Source: Marinilabiliaceae bacterium | Lineage (GTDB): Bacteria; Bacteroidota; Bacteroidia; Bacteroidales; VadinHA17 | Direction of reading: 5' to 3' | Assembly: GCA_036350795.1 (NCBI GenBank) | Contig: JAZBNV010000017.1 | Location: 7,941 to 71,940 of the forward strand | Length of the DNA: 64,000 nt | In this document: positions 19,870 to 29,558 of the stretch, piece by piece | How positions within the stretch are numbered: position 1 is the first letter of the stretch | How the letters are laid out: every line of letters begins with the position of its first letter | The notes under the pieces: generated by a model | The model's database searches: none | The model's input: only the letters and a program-made list of their open reading frames with translations | Told to the model about the DNA's origin: nothing | Position numbers and translations under genes: made by a program

Positions 19870-20548
19870 ATTTAATAATCAGTTTATAACCTTTTCCGTG
19901 TACATTCAGGATTGACACTGAACTATCCTTTTTCAGATATTTCCGAAGTTTGGTGATGTATACGTCCATGCTTCTGGCATTAAAGTAGTTATCATCAATC
20001 CAGATTGACTTAAGGGCATAGTTTCGCTCAAGAATCTCATTTTTGTGGATGCACAGGAGTTTAAGGAGATCCGATTCCTTTGTTGTAAGTTTAGCAGACT
20101 CATCCTCAAACTCAAGTATCTGGGTAAGGGGAAAGAAAGTAAATTTCCCGATTTCATAATGATCGGCATCTTCGTCAATCCTGTTTTTTGATCTTCTCAG
20201 GATGGCTTCAATCCTGTAAAGAAGCTCTTCCATGGAGAAGGGTTTTGTAATATAATCGTCGGCCCCTGCAGAGAAACCTTCTATTACGTCCTTTTCCATG
20301 TTCTTGGCGGTAAGGAAAATAATCGGGATGTCGGGTTTTACCTTCCGTATATTCCGGGCAAGCTCAATACCGTCAAGCTTTGGCATCATAATATCCAGTA
20401 TGCACAGATCGTATTCCTTCTCGTTGAAAGAACGCCATGCCTGCTCTCCGTCGGGGAGGAGGGAGGTGGAATAATTTTTCGCTCCAAGATAATCTCTCAG
20501 GAGAGTACCAAGATTACTGTCGTCTTCAGCAAGTAGTATCCTTACCAT
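19868..20548 (-). CDS. OmpR-family two-component response regulator
   Basis: 226 aa. Receiver domain (DLCILDIMMPKLDG, phospho-acceptor Asp) plus a winged-helix C-terminus (YITKLRKYL...GKGYKL). Confidence 0.9.
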   Translation of the reverse strand: MVRILLAEDDSNLGTLLRDYLGAKNYSTSLLPDGEQAWRSFNEKEYDLCILDIMMPKLDGIELARNIRKVKPDIPIIFLTAKNMEKDVIEGFSAGADDYITKPFSMEELLYRIEAILRRSKNRIDEDADHYEIGKFTFFPLTQILEFEDESAKLTTKESDLLKLLCIHKNEILERNYALKSIWIDDNYFNARSMDVYITKLRKYLKKDSSVSILNVHGKGYKLIIK

Positions 20549-20553
20549 ATTTA

Positions 20554-22098
20554 TCAGTTTAGAGGAATTTTAATTTTAAATGTAGTGCCCTTACCAGGCT
20601 GACTGCTTACTTCAACAGAACCATTATGTTCGTCGATCACTTTTTTAACATAGCTCAAACCAAGTCCAAATCCCTTAACGTTATGAATATTGCCTGTTGG
20701 CACCCTGTAGAATCTTTCAAAGATACGTTTCAGATTCTCCTTTTTAATACCGATACCCTTATCAGATACCGATATAAGAAGATACGAATCCGTATTGCTG
20801 GTTTTTATTGTTATTTCCGGTTTCTCAGGTGAGTATTTTATTGCATTATCAATAAGATTGGATAGCATATTGGAAAAATGTGCTTCGTCAATCCTGAGTG
20901 TATAGTCTGCCGCAGCAAGCTTACGTATAATACTTCCGCCAGAGTTATTTAGCTGGAGGGTAAAATTATCTGCAATACTGTCGATTAACTGATGTATATC
21001 TGTCTCCTTGAATTTCATGTCCATTGTGCCGCTGTCAAATACCGAGGCCTGCAGCACCTTCTCAACCTGGTATTTTAACCTGAGGCTTTCATCGTTGATA
21101 ATCCTTGAGATATTAGCTATATTTTTCTTCTTTTCGGGTATGCTTTTATCCGATATCATCTGGGATGCCAGCGATATTGTAGATATGGGAGTCTTAAGCT
21201 CATGTGTCATATTGTTGATAAAATCATTCCTGATCTCCGATATCCTTTTTTGCCTCAGGATTATTATCAGGTTTGTGGCAGAGAAAAAGATCAGTACCAG
21301 GGTAACCAGGATTGAAGTGAAGCCCATAAACCCAACCTGGTTTAGCAGGTAGCCTCTTTCTTTCGGGAAGTAAATCGCAAGCCTGTTCTGACCGGGTACC
21401 GGGTCGTTTGGAAAGAGCTGCCTCTGGTAGATATGATTAGAATAGGCTTCCTCAAAGTTATCAGAACGGAATACGGCATCTCCGCCATCCTGGATGCTGA
21501 ATTCATAGCCAATATCGACCCCGAGTTTCTTGAATGTTGAAGAAAGCAGCTCATCAACTTCGTCAGGGTTTATTCGCTCTGCGAGGGGAGGTGTCTCCCT
21601 TAAAATTCTGCCCATTATATTTTCGAGCAAAACAGTTTTGTTACTTACCCTGCCTGAAATGCCGGCTCTGATAGTTTCGATAGATTCCTCCGTTACCTGG
21701 TTATCGGGATATAAGAACTCATCATCTGAGTAAAAAAATATTCTTGAGCCCTCATTCTCGATCATCATTGAAAGTTCATAATCATATTCCCCTGACAGTC
21801 TGCCAAGATTTGAAGCACTCTGATTACCAAGAAGCTGCCTGGCAAACTGTGAACTGCCGGTAACGATTACCCCAACCGAGTCTCCGCTGCTAATGTCTAT
21901 TTCTTCTATTATCCTTTCAATCGTCTCCTGTTTTTCAAGTTCCAGTACAACAGCATCAAGCGAATTGCTTACCAGTACCCTGAATTGCTGGTTTTTTGTT
22001 TCGAATGCCTGGTTTATCCAATATACCTGCACCAGTATAAGCCCTGACAGTATCAGGGCAAAAAGAGAAGCAAAAAGTATAATAGTATATTTCTTCAT
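20554..22098 (-). CDS. Membrane sensor histidine kinase
   Basis: 514 aa. Two TM segments flank a periplasmic domain. H-box FINNMTHELKTPIS, N-box LIDNAIKY, G-boxes DKGIGI and GFGLGL. Confidence 0.9.
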   Translation of the reverse strand: MKKYTIILFASLFALILSGLILVQVYWINQAFETKNQQFRVLVSNSLDAVVLELEKQETIERIIEEIDISSGDSVGVIVTGSSQFARQLLGNQSASNLGRLSGEYDYELSMMIENEGSRIFFYSDDEFLYPDNQVTEESIETIRAGISGRVSNKTVLLENIMGRILRETPPLAERINPDEVDELLSSTFKKLGVDIGYEFSIQDGGDAVFRSDNFEEAYSNHIYQRQLFPNDPVPGQNRLAIYFPKERGYLLNQVGFMGFTSILVTLVLIFFSATNLIIILRQKRISEIRNDFINNMTHELKTPISTISLASQMISDKSIPEKKKNIANISRIINDESLRLKYQVEKVLQASVFDSGTMDMKFKETDIHQLIDSIADNFTLQLNNSGGSIIRKLAAADYTLRIDEAHFSNMLSNLIDNAIKYSPEKPEITIKTSNTDSYLLISVSDKGIGIKKENLKRIFERFYRVPTGNIHNVKGFGLGLSYVKKVIDEHNGSVEVSSQPGKGTTFKIKIPLN

Positions 22099-22151
22099 CT
22101 ATTATTTACATTCTGAATGCCATTGTAATATGTGGCTATACCCGGTTTTTA

Positions 22152-22159
22152 CAAAAGTA
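22152..22159 (-). promoter_or_regulatory. Candidate -7 box TACTTTTG for the kinase/regulator operon
   Basis: CAAAAGTA on the plus strand, which is TACTTTTG on the minus strand, about 54 nt upstream of the kinase ATG. Confidence 0.4.
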
Positions 22160-22286
22160 CCCTATAAAAATAATAAATGGATTTTATTAACACTATTTAA
22201 CAGAACAGGAGGAGGTTTATGTAACATAAAGATAGCCAGCAGGATAGTATATTTTTTTAATAAATATTGATGCTGCAGATATATTT

Positions 22287-22301
22287 TGGCACGATACTTG
22301 T
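22287..22301 (+). promoter_or_regulatory. Sigma-54-like -24/-12 element TGGCAC-N5-TTGT
   Basis: TGGCACGATACTTGT in an intergenic spacer. The -24 half is perfect and the spacing is correct, but the -12 half has GT instead of GC. Confidence 0.3.
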
Positions 22302-22358
22302 TTATTAATAAGTGAGGTTTTTTTTCATAGGTTAGATTTGGGTTAATAAAGGGATTTG

Positions 22359-22377
22359 GGAGGTTATCATAACCTCC
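22359..22377. repeat. Perfect 19-nt palindrome/hairpin GGAGGTTAT-c-ATAACCTCC
   Basis: Read directly from the intergenic sequence. Confidence 0.8.
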
Positions 22378-22437
22378 TTCCCTATTTTAAGGAGGTCGAG
22401 GAAAACAATATAAAGGTTTAGGTTTTGGGGTTAATTT

Positions 22438-22473
22438 AAAAAATAGGCGCTTAACACTAAGCGTCTATTTTTT
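22438..22473. terminator. Bidirectional Rho-independent terminator
   Basis: A6-TAGGCGCTTA-acac-TAAGCGTCTA-T6 (one G-T pair). It overlaps the stop codon of the minus-strand 22465-22956 gene. Confidence 0.65.
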
Positions 22474-22956
22474 ATAGGAAGTTTTATAAAGGGTCAGTCC
22501 TTTGGATTTTGCTGTATAGAAAATATTCTTCCTGATCATCCTTGCTTTGTTTCGTTCAATCCATGTGAGATTAATTTCCACAACCTTGTCATTATTTAAA
22601 ACAAGAACTGTTTTCTTGGAATGAGGGGGGAAATATAAGACCTTAATATTGCTCCACTCGTAGGTATGATGCTTTTGAAACATCAGGCCATACCGATAGG
22701 ATATTATTTCGTTACTGACCTGGAAAAAGTGTTCTTTCCTTTTAGCTGTAGCAAGGATGGCAATCAGGTAGAAGAAGGCAGTTATTGCACAAAGAACAAT
22801 AACAAGCCCAAGAGTGACACTGGGGTCAAAGATGATAAACTTAAGATAAATAACAAATGCGGTCATTGCTGTAGTTGCAACAGACATAACCCACAGAAGA
22901 ATCTTCCTGCTCTTTGAAAATTCTTCTTTGGAAAGGTTGAAATACAGATCTTCCAT
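22465..22956 (-). CDS. Two-TM membrane protein of unknown function (C-terminal PH-like soluble domain)
   Basis: 163 aa. Two adjacent hydrophobic helices, then a roughly 90-aa basic soluble tail. Confidence 0.55.
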   Translation of the reverse strand: MEDLYFNLSKEEFSKSRKILLWVMSVATTAMTAFVIYLKFIIFDPSVTLGLVIVLCAITAFFYLIAILATAKRKEHFFQVSNEIISYRYGLMFQKHHTYEWSNIKVLYFPPHSKKTVLVLNNDKVVEINLTWIERNKARMIRKNIFYTAKSKGLTLYKTSYKK

Positions 22957-22957
22957 A

Positions 22958-23392
22958 TCAATAAATTTGTAGTAATGAGTATATGGTTTGCATTTTATTC
23001 TTTTCCAGTGAAAATACTCCGCTTACCATCGGAATATCAAGAATCTTTTTTCTGAGCTCATTTATTATGGAATCTTCAATATTACCGCAGATCAGGAAAA
23101 GATAATCGAGAGATTCATAGCTTTTGCTCAGGCTTTTATTTTCCACCCGGTTTTTCACCAGCTGGAAACTTGTATCGCTATACTCCTCATCTGATACAAA
23201 TCTGCCGAAATGAGTATTTGGGTTATCAGCAGGGCTTACAGAAGAACTGCTGCGAAGATTAAGATTAAGCTTATTATTAAGCTGAAGGGAGATTTTGTAA
23301 TCAGGTTCCGGACAGGAAATTCCAAAGAAATGATGGTCAATTGAATTATCAATCTTTAAGCGGTGCAAGGATTTTCTTCCTGGTGACATCAT
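22958..23392 (-). CDS. IPExxxVDY-family-like protein
   Basis: 144 aa. The N-terminal pattern LHRLKID...FFGISCPEPDYKISLQLNNKLNLNL and a C-terminal ESLDYLFLI motif resemble this Bacteroidota family. Position next to rnc matches recalled synteny. Confidence 0.45.
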   Translation of the reverse strand: MMSPGRKSLHRLKIDNSIDHHFFGISCPEPDYKISLQLNNKLNLNLRSSSSVSPADNPNTHFGRFVSDEEYSDTSFQLVKNRVENKSLSKSYESLDYLFLICGNIEDSIINELRKKILDIPMVSGVFSLEKNKMQTIYSLLQIY

Positions 23393-23435
23393 TTTCTTAG
23401 CTTAGGCCAAGCTAAAGATAATAATTTCTTGATAA

Positions 23436-24200
23436 TTAGTCTATGAAACCAATTTTCCTGATTTTTTTCAGGGCATTCAGCGATGCTTCCTGTTCTGCTG
23501 ATTTCTTTGATTTACCATTACCCTCACCAAAAATCTCATGGTCGATCAGGAGGATGGTGGTAAAGATTGATTTTTTACTCTCAGGATCGAATTGTTCGGC
23601 ATGATTAAAACTTATTTCCTTATTCAGTTTCTGTGCCCACTGGAAAACCTGGCTCTTATAATCCTGCTCGGTATGTACAATCTCTTCAAGATTAATATGT
23701 TTTTCAATAATTTTCCTGGTAATGAACTTACGGGTTCGTTGATATCCCCTGTCAAGGAAGATTGAACCCAGCAAGGCTTCCAGGGCATCTCCATAGATAT
23801 TATTGCCTCCGGTTGATTTACTCACATGACTGACAATCAGTTTATCCAGGTTCATTGAGAGAGCCAGCTTATTCAGCGCACTCCTGTTTACAAGCCTTGA
23901 CCTGATTTTTGTCAGATCGCCCTCATCAGCATTAGGGTATTTTTCAAAAAGTATCTCAGAAAGTATTGCATCCAGAACAGCATCACCCAAAAATTCAAGG
24001 CGTTCGTTATTAACCTTTTTACCGTTCTCAAGAAGCAGGGTGGCCGACCTGTGAATAAATGCTTTCTCGTAAATGGAAATATTACCCGGACTGAAACCAA
24101 GAATCTTCCTTAGTTCAGATACAAAAAGCTTTCTTTCCGATTTTGAAAGAGTTCCGTTAAAATTGTTTGTGCTGTTTTGTCCGTTGATACCAGGGGACAC
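23436..24200 (-). CDS. rnc: Ribonuclease III
   Basis: 254 aa. RNase III signature NERLEFLGDAVLD and a C-terminal dsRBD. Apparent GTG start shares one nucleotide with the fabF stop (TAGTG). Confidence 0.9.
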   Translation of the reverse strand: MSPGINGQNSTNNFNGTLSKSERKLFVSELRKILGFSPGNISIYEKAFIHRSATLLLENGKKVNNERLEFLGDAVLDAILSEILFEKYPNADEGDLTKIRSRLVNRSALNKLALSMNLDKLIVSHVSKSTGGNNIYGDALEALLGSIFLDRGYQRTRKFITRKIIEKHINLEEIVHTEQDYKSQVFQWAQKLNKEISFNHAEQFDPESKKSIFTTILLIDHEIFGEGNGKSKKSAEQEASLNALKKIRKIGFID

Positions 24201-25447
24201 TAACTCTCAATTTTTTTCATTACCACGGAAGCATTGTGTCCACCAAAGCCAAAGGTATTGCTGAGAGCATAGTTAATCTGCCTTTCCTGTGCTTTATTGA
24301 GCGTCAGATTGAGCTTATTGTCAATGCGAGAATCAAACTCCCTGTGATTAATCGTAGGAGGTGCAATGTTATTCTTAAGGGCAAGGATGGAAGTTATAGC
24401 TTCAACTGCCCCGGCAGCCCCAAGCAGGTGGCCGGTCATCGATTTGGTTGCACTTATATTTAACTTATAGGCATCATCTCCAAAAAGATTAACAATAGCA
24501 ATGGTCTCAGAAATATCGCCCAGGGGAGTTGCAGTACCATGCACATTTATATAGTCGATTTCCTTTGTACTTATCCCGGCTTCTTCAATTGCCAGCTTCA
24601 TAACCCTGTAGGCCCCTTCTCCTTCCGGGTGAGGAGCTGTAAGGTGGTAAGCATCTGCGGTCATCCCGGTACCTGCCATTTCGCAGTATATTTTGGCACC
24701 CCGTGCCCTGGCGTGTTCATACTCCTCAAGCACAAGACCACCTCCACCTTCGCCCATCACAAAACCATCGCGTGTGGCATCAAAGGGACGTGAAGCTGTC
24801 TTATATTCAGCGTTGTTGGTAGACATTGCCTGCATGGAGTTAAAACCGCCTATACCTGCTTCATTTATTGTTGCTTCAGAACCCCCGGTAATAAATATAT
24901 CAGCCTTCCCGAGCTTAATATAGGTGATAGCGTCAATAAGTCCGTGAGTTGAAGATGCGCATGCAGAAACCGTTGAGAAGTTAGGTCCTCTAAATCCATA
25001 CTTCATTGAGATGAGGCCGGCGGCAATGTCGCTGATCATCTTGGGAATAAAGAAGGGACTGAATCGAGGAGTACCATCCCCGGCCGAGAAACTTTTTATT
25101 TCGTCAAGGAATGTTCCCAAACCGCCAATACCGGAAGCCCAGATAACTCCGGCCCTGTCCCTGTCGATTTCTTCAAGCTTTATACCTGAATCAAGCAGGG
25201 CCTGCTCAGCTGCAATAAGAGCAAACTGGGCATATTTATCCATTTTGCGGGCTTCCTTGCGGTCGAAATAATTGCTGGGGTCGTAGTTTTTTACTTCACA
25301 GGCAAATCTGGTCTTAAACTTTTCAGTGTCAAAACCTGTAATCCAGTCGGAACCGCTTACACCATTCCTCAAAGCTTCCCAGGTATCGGCAACATTATTT
25401 CCCAGAGGAGTTATTGCTCCCAGGCCAGTAACTACAACCCTTCTCAT
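24200..25447 (-). CDS. fabF: Beta-ketoacyl-ACP synthase II
   Basis: 415 aa. Active-site Cys context SACASS, catalytic His motifs (VHGTATP, GHLLGAAG), C-terminal SNTFGFGGHN. Confidence 0.95.
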   Translation of the reverse strand: MRRVVVTGLGAITPLGNNVADTWEALRNGVSGSDWITGFDTEKFKTRFACEVKNYDPSNYFDRKEARKMDKYAQFALIAAEQALLDSGIKLEEIDRDRAGVIWASGIGGLGTFLDEIKSFSAGDGTPRFSPFFIPKMISDIAAGLISMKYGFRGPNFSTVSACASSTHGLIDAITYIKLGKADIFITGGSEATINEAGIGGFNSMQAMSTNNAEYKTASRPFDATRDGFVMGEGGGGLVLEEYEHARARGAKIYCEMAGTGMTADAYHLTAPHPEGEGAYRVMKLAIEEAGISTKEIDYINVHGTATPLGDISETIAIVNLFGDDAYKLNISATKSMTGHLLGAAGAVEAITSILALKNNIAPPTINHREFDSRIDNKLNLTLNKAQERQINYALSNTFGFGGHNASVVMKKIES

Positions 25448-25473
25448 TGTTTTTTACATTTAGTTATGCAATA

Positions 25474-25710
25474 CTACTTTGCATTTTCTTCGATGTACTT
25501 GATAGCTTCTCCAACAGAGCCAATGCTTTCAGCCTGATCATCAGGAATACCAATGTTGAATTCCTTCTCAAACTCCATGATAAGCTCAACAGTGTCAAGA
25601 GAGTCAGCACCAAGGTCGTTAGTAAAACTAGCTTCGTTGGTTACTTCTGATTCGTCAACTCCAAGCTTGTCAACGATAATCTCTTTTACTTTTGCTGCAA
25701 TATCAGACAT
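25474..25710 (-). CDS. acpP: Acyl carrier protein
   Basis: 78 aa with the phosphopantetheine attachment motif [16 protein letters not shown]. Confidence 0.95.
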   Translation of the reverse strand: MSDIAAKVKEIIVDKLGVDESEVTNEASFTNDLGADSLDTVELIMEFEKEFNIGIPDDQAESIGSVGEAIKYIEENAK

Positions 25711-25892
25711 AATCTAAAATTTTGGTGAATAATTCAATTTTTAACCCTGCAAAGAAATATATTTGTGCAAAACTTTTCAAGCAATTTAATGTTTTTTTAT
25801 TTAATGGACACGTATATTCTTGAAATTGAGTAAAATAGATTGAATATTTTTGAGTTTTTACGACTTTAGCCAATTATGTTAAGAATCAGATA

Positions 25893-26462
25893 ATGAAGAA
25901 TATAGCTATTTTTGCCTCAGGATCGGGAACCAACGCTGAGAACCTTATTAAGTATTTTTCGACCGAAAAGAATTCAAGGGTTGCTATTCTTTTATGTAAT
26001 AAGCCTGATGCGCAAGTATTAAAAAGGGCTGAAAAGCTTTCTGTAAAGAGTGAAATTTTCGACCGTCACGATTTTTATGTTTCCGGGAGGGTGACGGAAA
26101 TCCTGTCTGCCAATAAAATAGATTTAATAGTGCTGGCAGGTTTTCTATGGTTGGTTCCTGAGTCAATAATTAATATTTACAGGGGCAGGATAATAAATAT
26201 TCACCCTGCCCTTTTGCCGGGCTATGGTGGTAAAGGCATGTACGGTTCGCGTGTACACAGTGCAGTTATTGAGAACGGGGAGAAGGAATCGGGTATTACC
26301 ATCCATTATGTTAATGAGATTTATGATAAGGGAGATATTATTTTCCAGGCCAGATGCCGCGTGAAACCGGGAGATAGCCCGGAAAGCCTTGCAGAACGAA
26401 TTCACGAACTGGAGTATAAATACTTTCCGGGTGTTGTAAAGGAAGTATTGTCCGGATTATAG
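25893..26462 (+). CDS. purN: Phosphoribosylglycinamide formyltransferase
   Basis: 189 aa. IAIFASGSGTNAE N-terminus, INIHPALLP, and SGITIHYV motifs. Confidence 0.9.
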   Translation: MKNIAIFASGSGTNAENLIKYFSTEKNSRVAILLCNKPDAQVLKRAEKLSVKSEIFDRHDFYVSGRVTEILSANKIDLIVLAGFLWLVPESIINIYRGRIINIHPALLPGYGGKGMYGSRVHSAVIENGEKESGITIHYVNEIYDKGDIIFQARCRVKPGDSPESLAERIHELEYKYFPGVVKEVLSGL

Positions 26463-26546
26463 TCCCGGTAAAAGCCCGGAACAGTGCAGAAAATTTTTAG
26501 TTTGGATATATCCTGTTGCCAGTCGGCATTGTTCAGACCTCCAGGT

Positions 26547-26577
26547 TTTGAAATGTGGCGCAGGGAAGTTACTTTTG
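26547..26577 (+). promoter_or_regulatory. Bacteroidota-type promoter (-33 TTTG, 19-nt spacer, -7 TACTTTTG) for tRNA-Arg
   Basis: TTTG at 26547-26550 and TACTTTTG at 26570-26577. The tRNA begins at 26590. Confidence 0.6.
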
Positions 26578-26589
26578 CACATTATTTAC

Positions 26590-26662
26590 GGTCCCGTAGT
26601 TTAACTGGATAGAACGTGAGATTCCGGTTCTCATGGTAGGGGTTCGAGTCCTCTCGGGATCA
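26590..26662 (+). tRNA. tRNA-Arg (anticodon CCG)
   Basis: Hand-folded cloverleaf: acceptor GGTCCCG/CGGGATC (one G-T pair), anticodon stem TGAGA/TCTCA with loop TTCCGGT, T-arm AGGGG-TTCGAGT-CCTCT, discriminator A. No encoded CCA. Confidence 0.9.
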
Positions 26663-26716
26663 CTAAGAAAGCAAAAGCAGTTGCACTTTGTACTGAAGGA
26701 GGTCCGCCGAAGGCAA

Positions 26717-26736
26717 TCCTCCCGGGATCACTAAGA
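26717..26736 (+). repeat. Duplicate of the tRNA-Arg 3' end plus flank (19/20 nt)
   Basis: TCCTCCCGGGATCACTAAGA here versus TCCTCTCGGGATCACTAAGA at 26649-26668. Confidence 0.85.
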
Positions 26737-26900
26737 GCATTTAGCGGTATAGGGCAAACGGTTAAGGGTGAAAGGGAAAAGCTTCGGTAGTTGCAGAAGG
26801 AGCCAGGTAGAGCAGAGGAAAAAAGTAAAAAGGCAAAATCAAAAAAGCATAAAAGTATAAAGTACAGGGAATATATACTTTAGCATTAATCTTTTTTAGC

Positions 26901-29558
26901 ATGGACTATAAGTTTGGGGAAATAGAGAAGAAATGGCAGAAGTACTGGGAGCTGAATAAAACCTTTAAAACCAGTGATGATCTTACAAATCCGAAAAAGT
27001 TTTATATCCTGGATATGTTTCCCTATCCATCCGGTTCAGGCTTACATGTTGGTCACCCGGAGGGCTATACTGCTACAGATATAGTAGCCAGGTATAAGCG
27101 GATGAATGGTTTTAATGTGCTCAGACCTATGGGCTGGGATGCCTTTGGCCTGCCGGCCGAGCAATATGCAATGCAGACAGGTACACATCCCTCGGTAACA
27201 ACAAATAAGAATTGCGATACCTTTCGCCGCCAGATTAAAGAGCTGGGTCTGAGCTACGACTGGGACAGGGAAATTAATACCACCGATCCAAAATACTTTA
27301 AATGGACACAATGGATATTTACAAAACTTTATAATACCTGGTTCGATGAGCAGGCAGGAAAGGGACGTCCGGTCAGCGAGCTTGAGCTGCCTTCCGCGAT
27401 TGAAAAAAAGGGAAAGGAAGCTGTGCGGGAGTATATTTCTTCCAAACGACTGGCTTATTATGATAATGCCCAGGTATGGTGGTGTAAGCATTGCAGAATA
27501 GTTTGTGCCAACGAGGAGGTACTTACCGACGGATCGCATGAAAAGTGTGGCAATACTGTAGAGAAGAAAGACCTTAAGCAATGGATGCTTCGTATTCCTC
27601 ACTATGCAGAAAGGCTCCTGGAAGGGCTTGATGGACTGGATTGGGCAGAGGGAGTGAAGGATATGCAGCGCAACTGGATAGGCCGGTCCACCGGTGCTGA
27701 AGTGGATTTCGCCGTAGAGGGTATAAAAGAAAAACTAAGGGTATTTACCACCCGGCCCGATACCCTGTTCGGAGCCACCTATATGGTTATTGCTCCCGAG
27801 CATTCGCTAACCCTGAGTATAGCTACCGGCGAGTATATGGATGCGGTTAAAGATTATATAAAAGCCACCGCTCTTAAATCTGATCTGGATCGCACCGACC
27901 TGGCCAGGGATAAGACCGGAGTTTTTACGGGCCGCTATGCAAGAAACCCGGTTAATAATAAGAGAATCCCGATATGGGTAGCTGATTATGTACTTACAGG
28001 CTATGGTACAGGAGCCATAATGGCCGTACCTGCACATGATACGCGCGACTTTGAATTCGCAGAAAAGTTCAGTCTTGATATAGCCTGTATTATGGATCCG
28101 GATACGGATGATAATGCTCTCAGGGAACATATCCTGGAAGGGAAGGCATGCTGGACCGAGGATGGTAAATACATAAATTCTTCCGATGCCCAAACCGGAC
28201 TTGATATAAACGGACTGTCAAAGGAGGAGGGGATAAAGACAACAATCAGCTGGCTGGAGGCCGGAAAGCTGGGGAGTGCCAAAGTAAATTATAAACTGCG
28301 CGACTGGCTATTCAGTCGTCAGCGCTACTGGGGCGAACCATTTCCTGTAATACACTGGGAAGATGGGGAAATAGGGATTCTTGAAGATGGTAAACTACCC
28401 CTTGAGCTACCTGAGATGGAAGATTACCACCCGGGAGATAATGGAGAATCACCCCTGGTAAATGCCCCGGACTGGCTTATGGTTGAAGATGAGAAGGGGC
28501 GAAAGGGCAGAAGGGAAACAAATACAATGCCCCAGTGGGCAGGATCCTGCTGGTATTACCTGAGGTATATTGATCCTCTCAACGATGATATGATATTCGA
28601 CCCTGAAAAGGAAAAATACTGGATGCCGGTTGACCTCTACATTGGAGGGGCCGAGCACGCGGTTTTACATCTTCTTTACAGCCGTTTCTGGCATAAGGTT
28701 CTTTTTGATCTTGGCATAGTGTCGCACGACGAACCTTACCGGAAACTGTTTAACCAGGGCATGATCCTGGCCTTTGCCTATGAGACAGCAACGGGAGCCA
28801 AGGTTTCTGAGGACTTTGTTGAAGAGAAGGATGGCAGATTCTTCCATAAGGAAAGTGGAGAGGAGCTCAACCAGATAGTTGCCAAGATGTCAAAGTCGCT
28901 TAAGAATGTTGTAAATCCGGATGATGTTGTAGAAAGATATGGAGCAGATTCACTCAGGTTGTACGAGATGTTTATGGGGCCGCTTGAGGCAACCAAGCCC
29001 TGGGATGAGAATGGAGTTAAGGGAGTTTTCGGCTTCCTTGCCCGTGCTTACAGGTTCTTTGCAAATCCTGAAAATATCTCTGAAGGTGATGAAGACAGCG
29101 ATATACTGAAGGCTCTTCACCAGGCTATAAAGAAGCTTAGCTCTGATATTGAAAACCTCAGGTTTAATACAGCCATATCTGCATTGATGATATTTACAAA
29201 TGCAGCTACGAAGAAGGGGAAGGTAACAAAAGAAACAGCAATGACTTTTGCACGGCTGCTCTCTCCCTTTGCTCCACACCTGGCCGAAGAACTCTGGGAA
29301 TTATACGGAAACACAGATACCATTACATACTCTGAATGGCCACAGCTCGATGAAAGCGTATTGGAAGAAGAAGCTTTCGAATACCCGGTATCTTTCAATG
29401 GCAAACTCAGGTTCAGGATAGTGCTCCCTGTATCTATGTCGCCCGGCGAAATCGAAAAGGCAGTGCTTGAAGACCCAAGATCGGAGAAATGGCTTGGAGA
29501 GAGCGGACCGAGAAAAGTAATTGTAGTGCCCAAAAGAATTGTGAACCTGGTGGTATGA
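26901..29558 (+). CDS. leuS: Leucine--tRNA ligase
   Basis: 885 aa. HVGHPEGY (HIGH) motif, KMSKSLKN (KMSKS) motif, class Ia editing insertion. Confidence 0.95.
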   Translation: MDYKFGEIEKKWQKYWELNKTFKTSDDLTNPKKFYILDMFPYPSGSGLHVGHPEGYTATDIVARYKRMNGFNVLRPMGWDAFGLPAEQYAMQTGTHPSVTTNKNCDTFRRQIKELGLSYDWDREINTTDPKYFKWTQWIFTKLYNTWFDEQAGKGRPVSELELPSAIEKKGKEAVREYISSKRLAYYDNAQVWWCKHCRIVCANEEVLTDGSHEKCGNTVEKKDLKQWMLRIPHYAERLLEGLDGLDWAEGVKDMQRNWIGRSTGAEVDFAVEGIKEKLRVFTTRPDTLFGATYMVIAPEHSLTLSIATGEYMDAVKDYIKATALKSDLDRTDLARDKTGVFTGRYARNPVNNKRIPIWVADYVLTGYGTGAIMAVPAHDTRDFEFAEKFSLDIACIMDPDTDDNALREHILEGKACWTEDGKYINSSDAQTGLDINGLSKEEGIKTTISWLEAGKLGSAKVNYKLRDWLFSRQRYWGEPFPVIHWEDGEIGILEDGKLPLELPEMEDYHPGDNGESPLVNAPDWLMVEDEKGRKGRRETNTMPQWAGSCWYYLRYIDPLNDDMIFDPEKEKYWMPVDLYIGGAEHAVLHLLYSRFWHKVLFDLGIVSHDEPYRKLFNQGMILAFAYETATGAKVSEDFVEEKDGRFFHKESGEELNQIVAKMSKSLKNVVNPDDVVERYGADSLRLYEMFMGPLEATKPWDENGVKGVFGFLARAYRFFANPENISEGDEDSDILKALHQAIKKLSSDIENLRFNTAISALMIFTNAATKKGKVTKETAMTFARLLSPFAPHLAEELWELYGNTDTITYSEWPQLDESVLEEEAFEYPVSFNGKLRFRIVLPVSMSPGEIEKAVLEDPRSEKWLGESGPRKVIVVPKRIVNLVV

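Noticed and set aside
22389-22396. Strong Shine-Dalgarno-like AAGGAGGT in the intergenic spacer
   Set aside because: No ATG, GTG or TTG start codon follows within a usable distance, and Bacteroidota generally do not rely on SD sequences.
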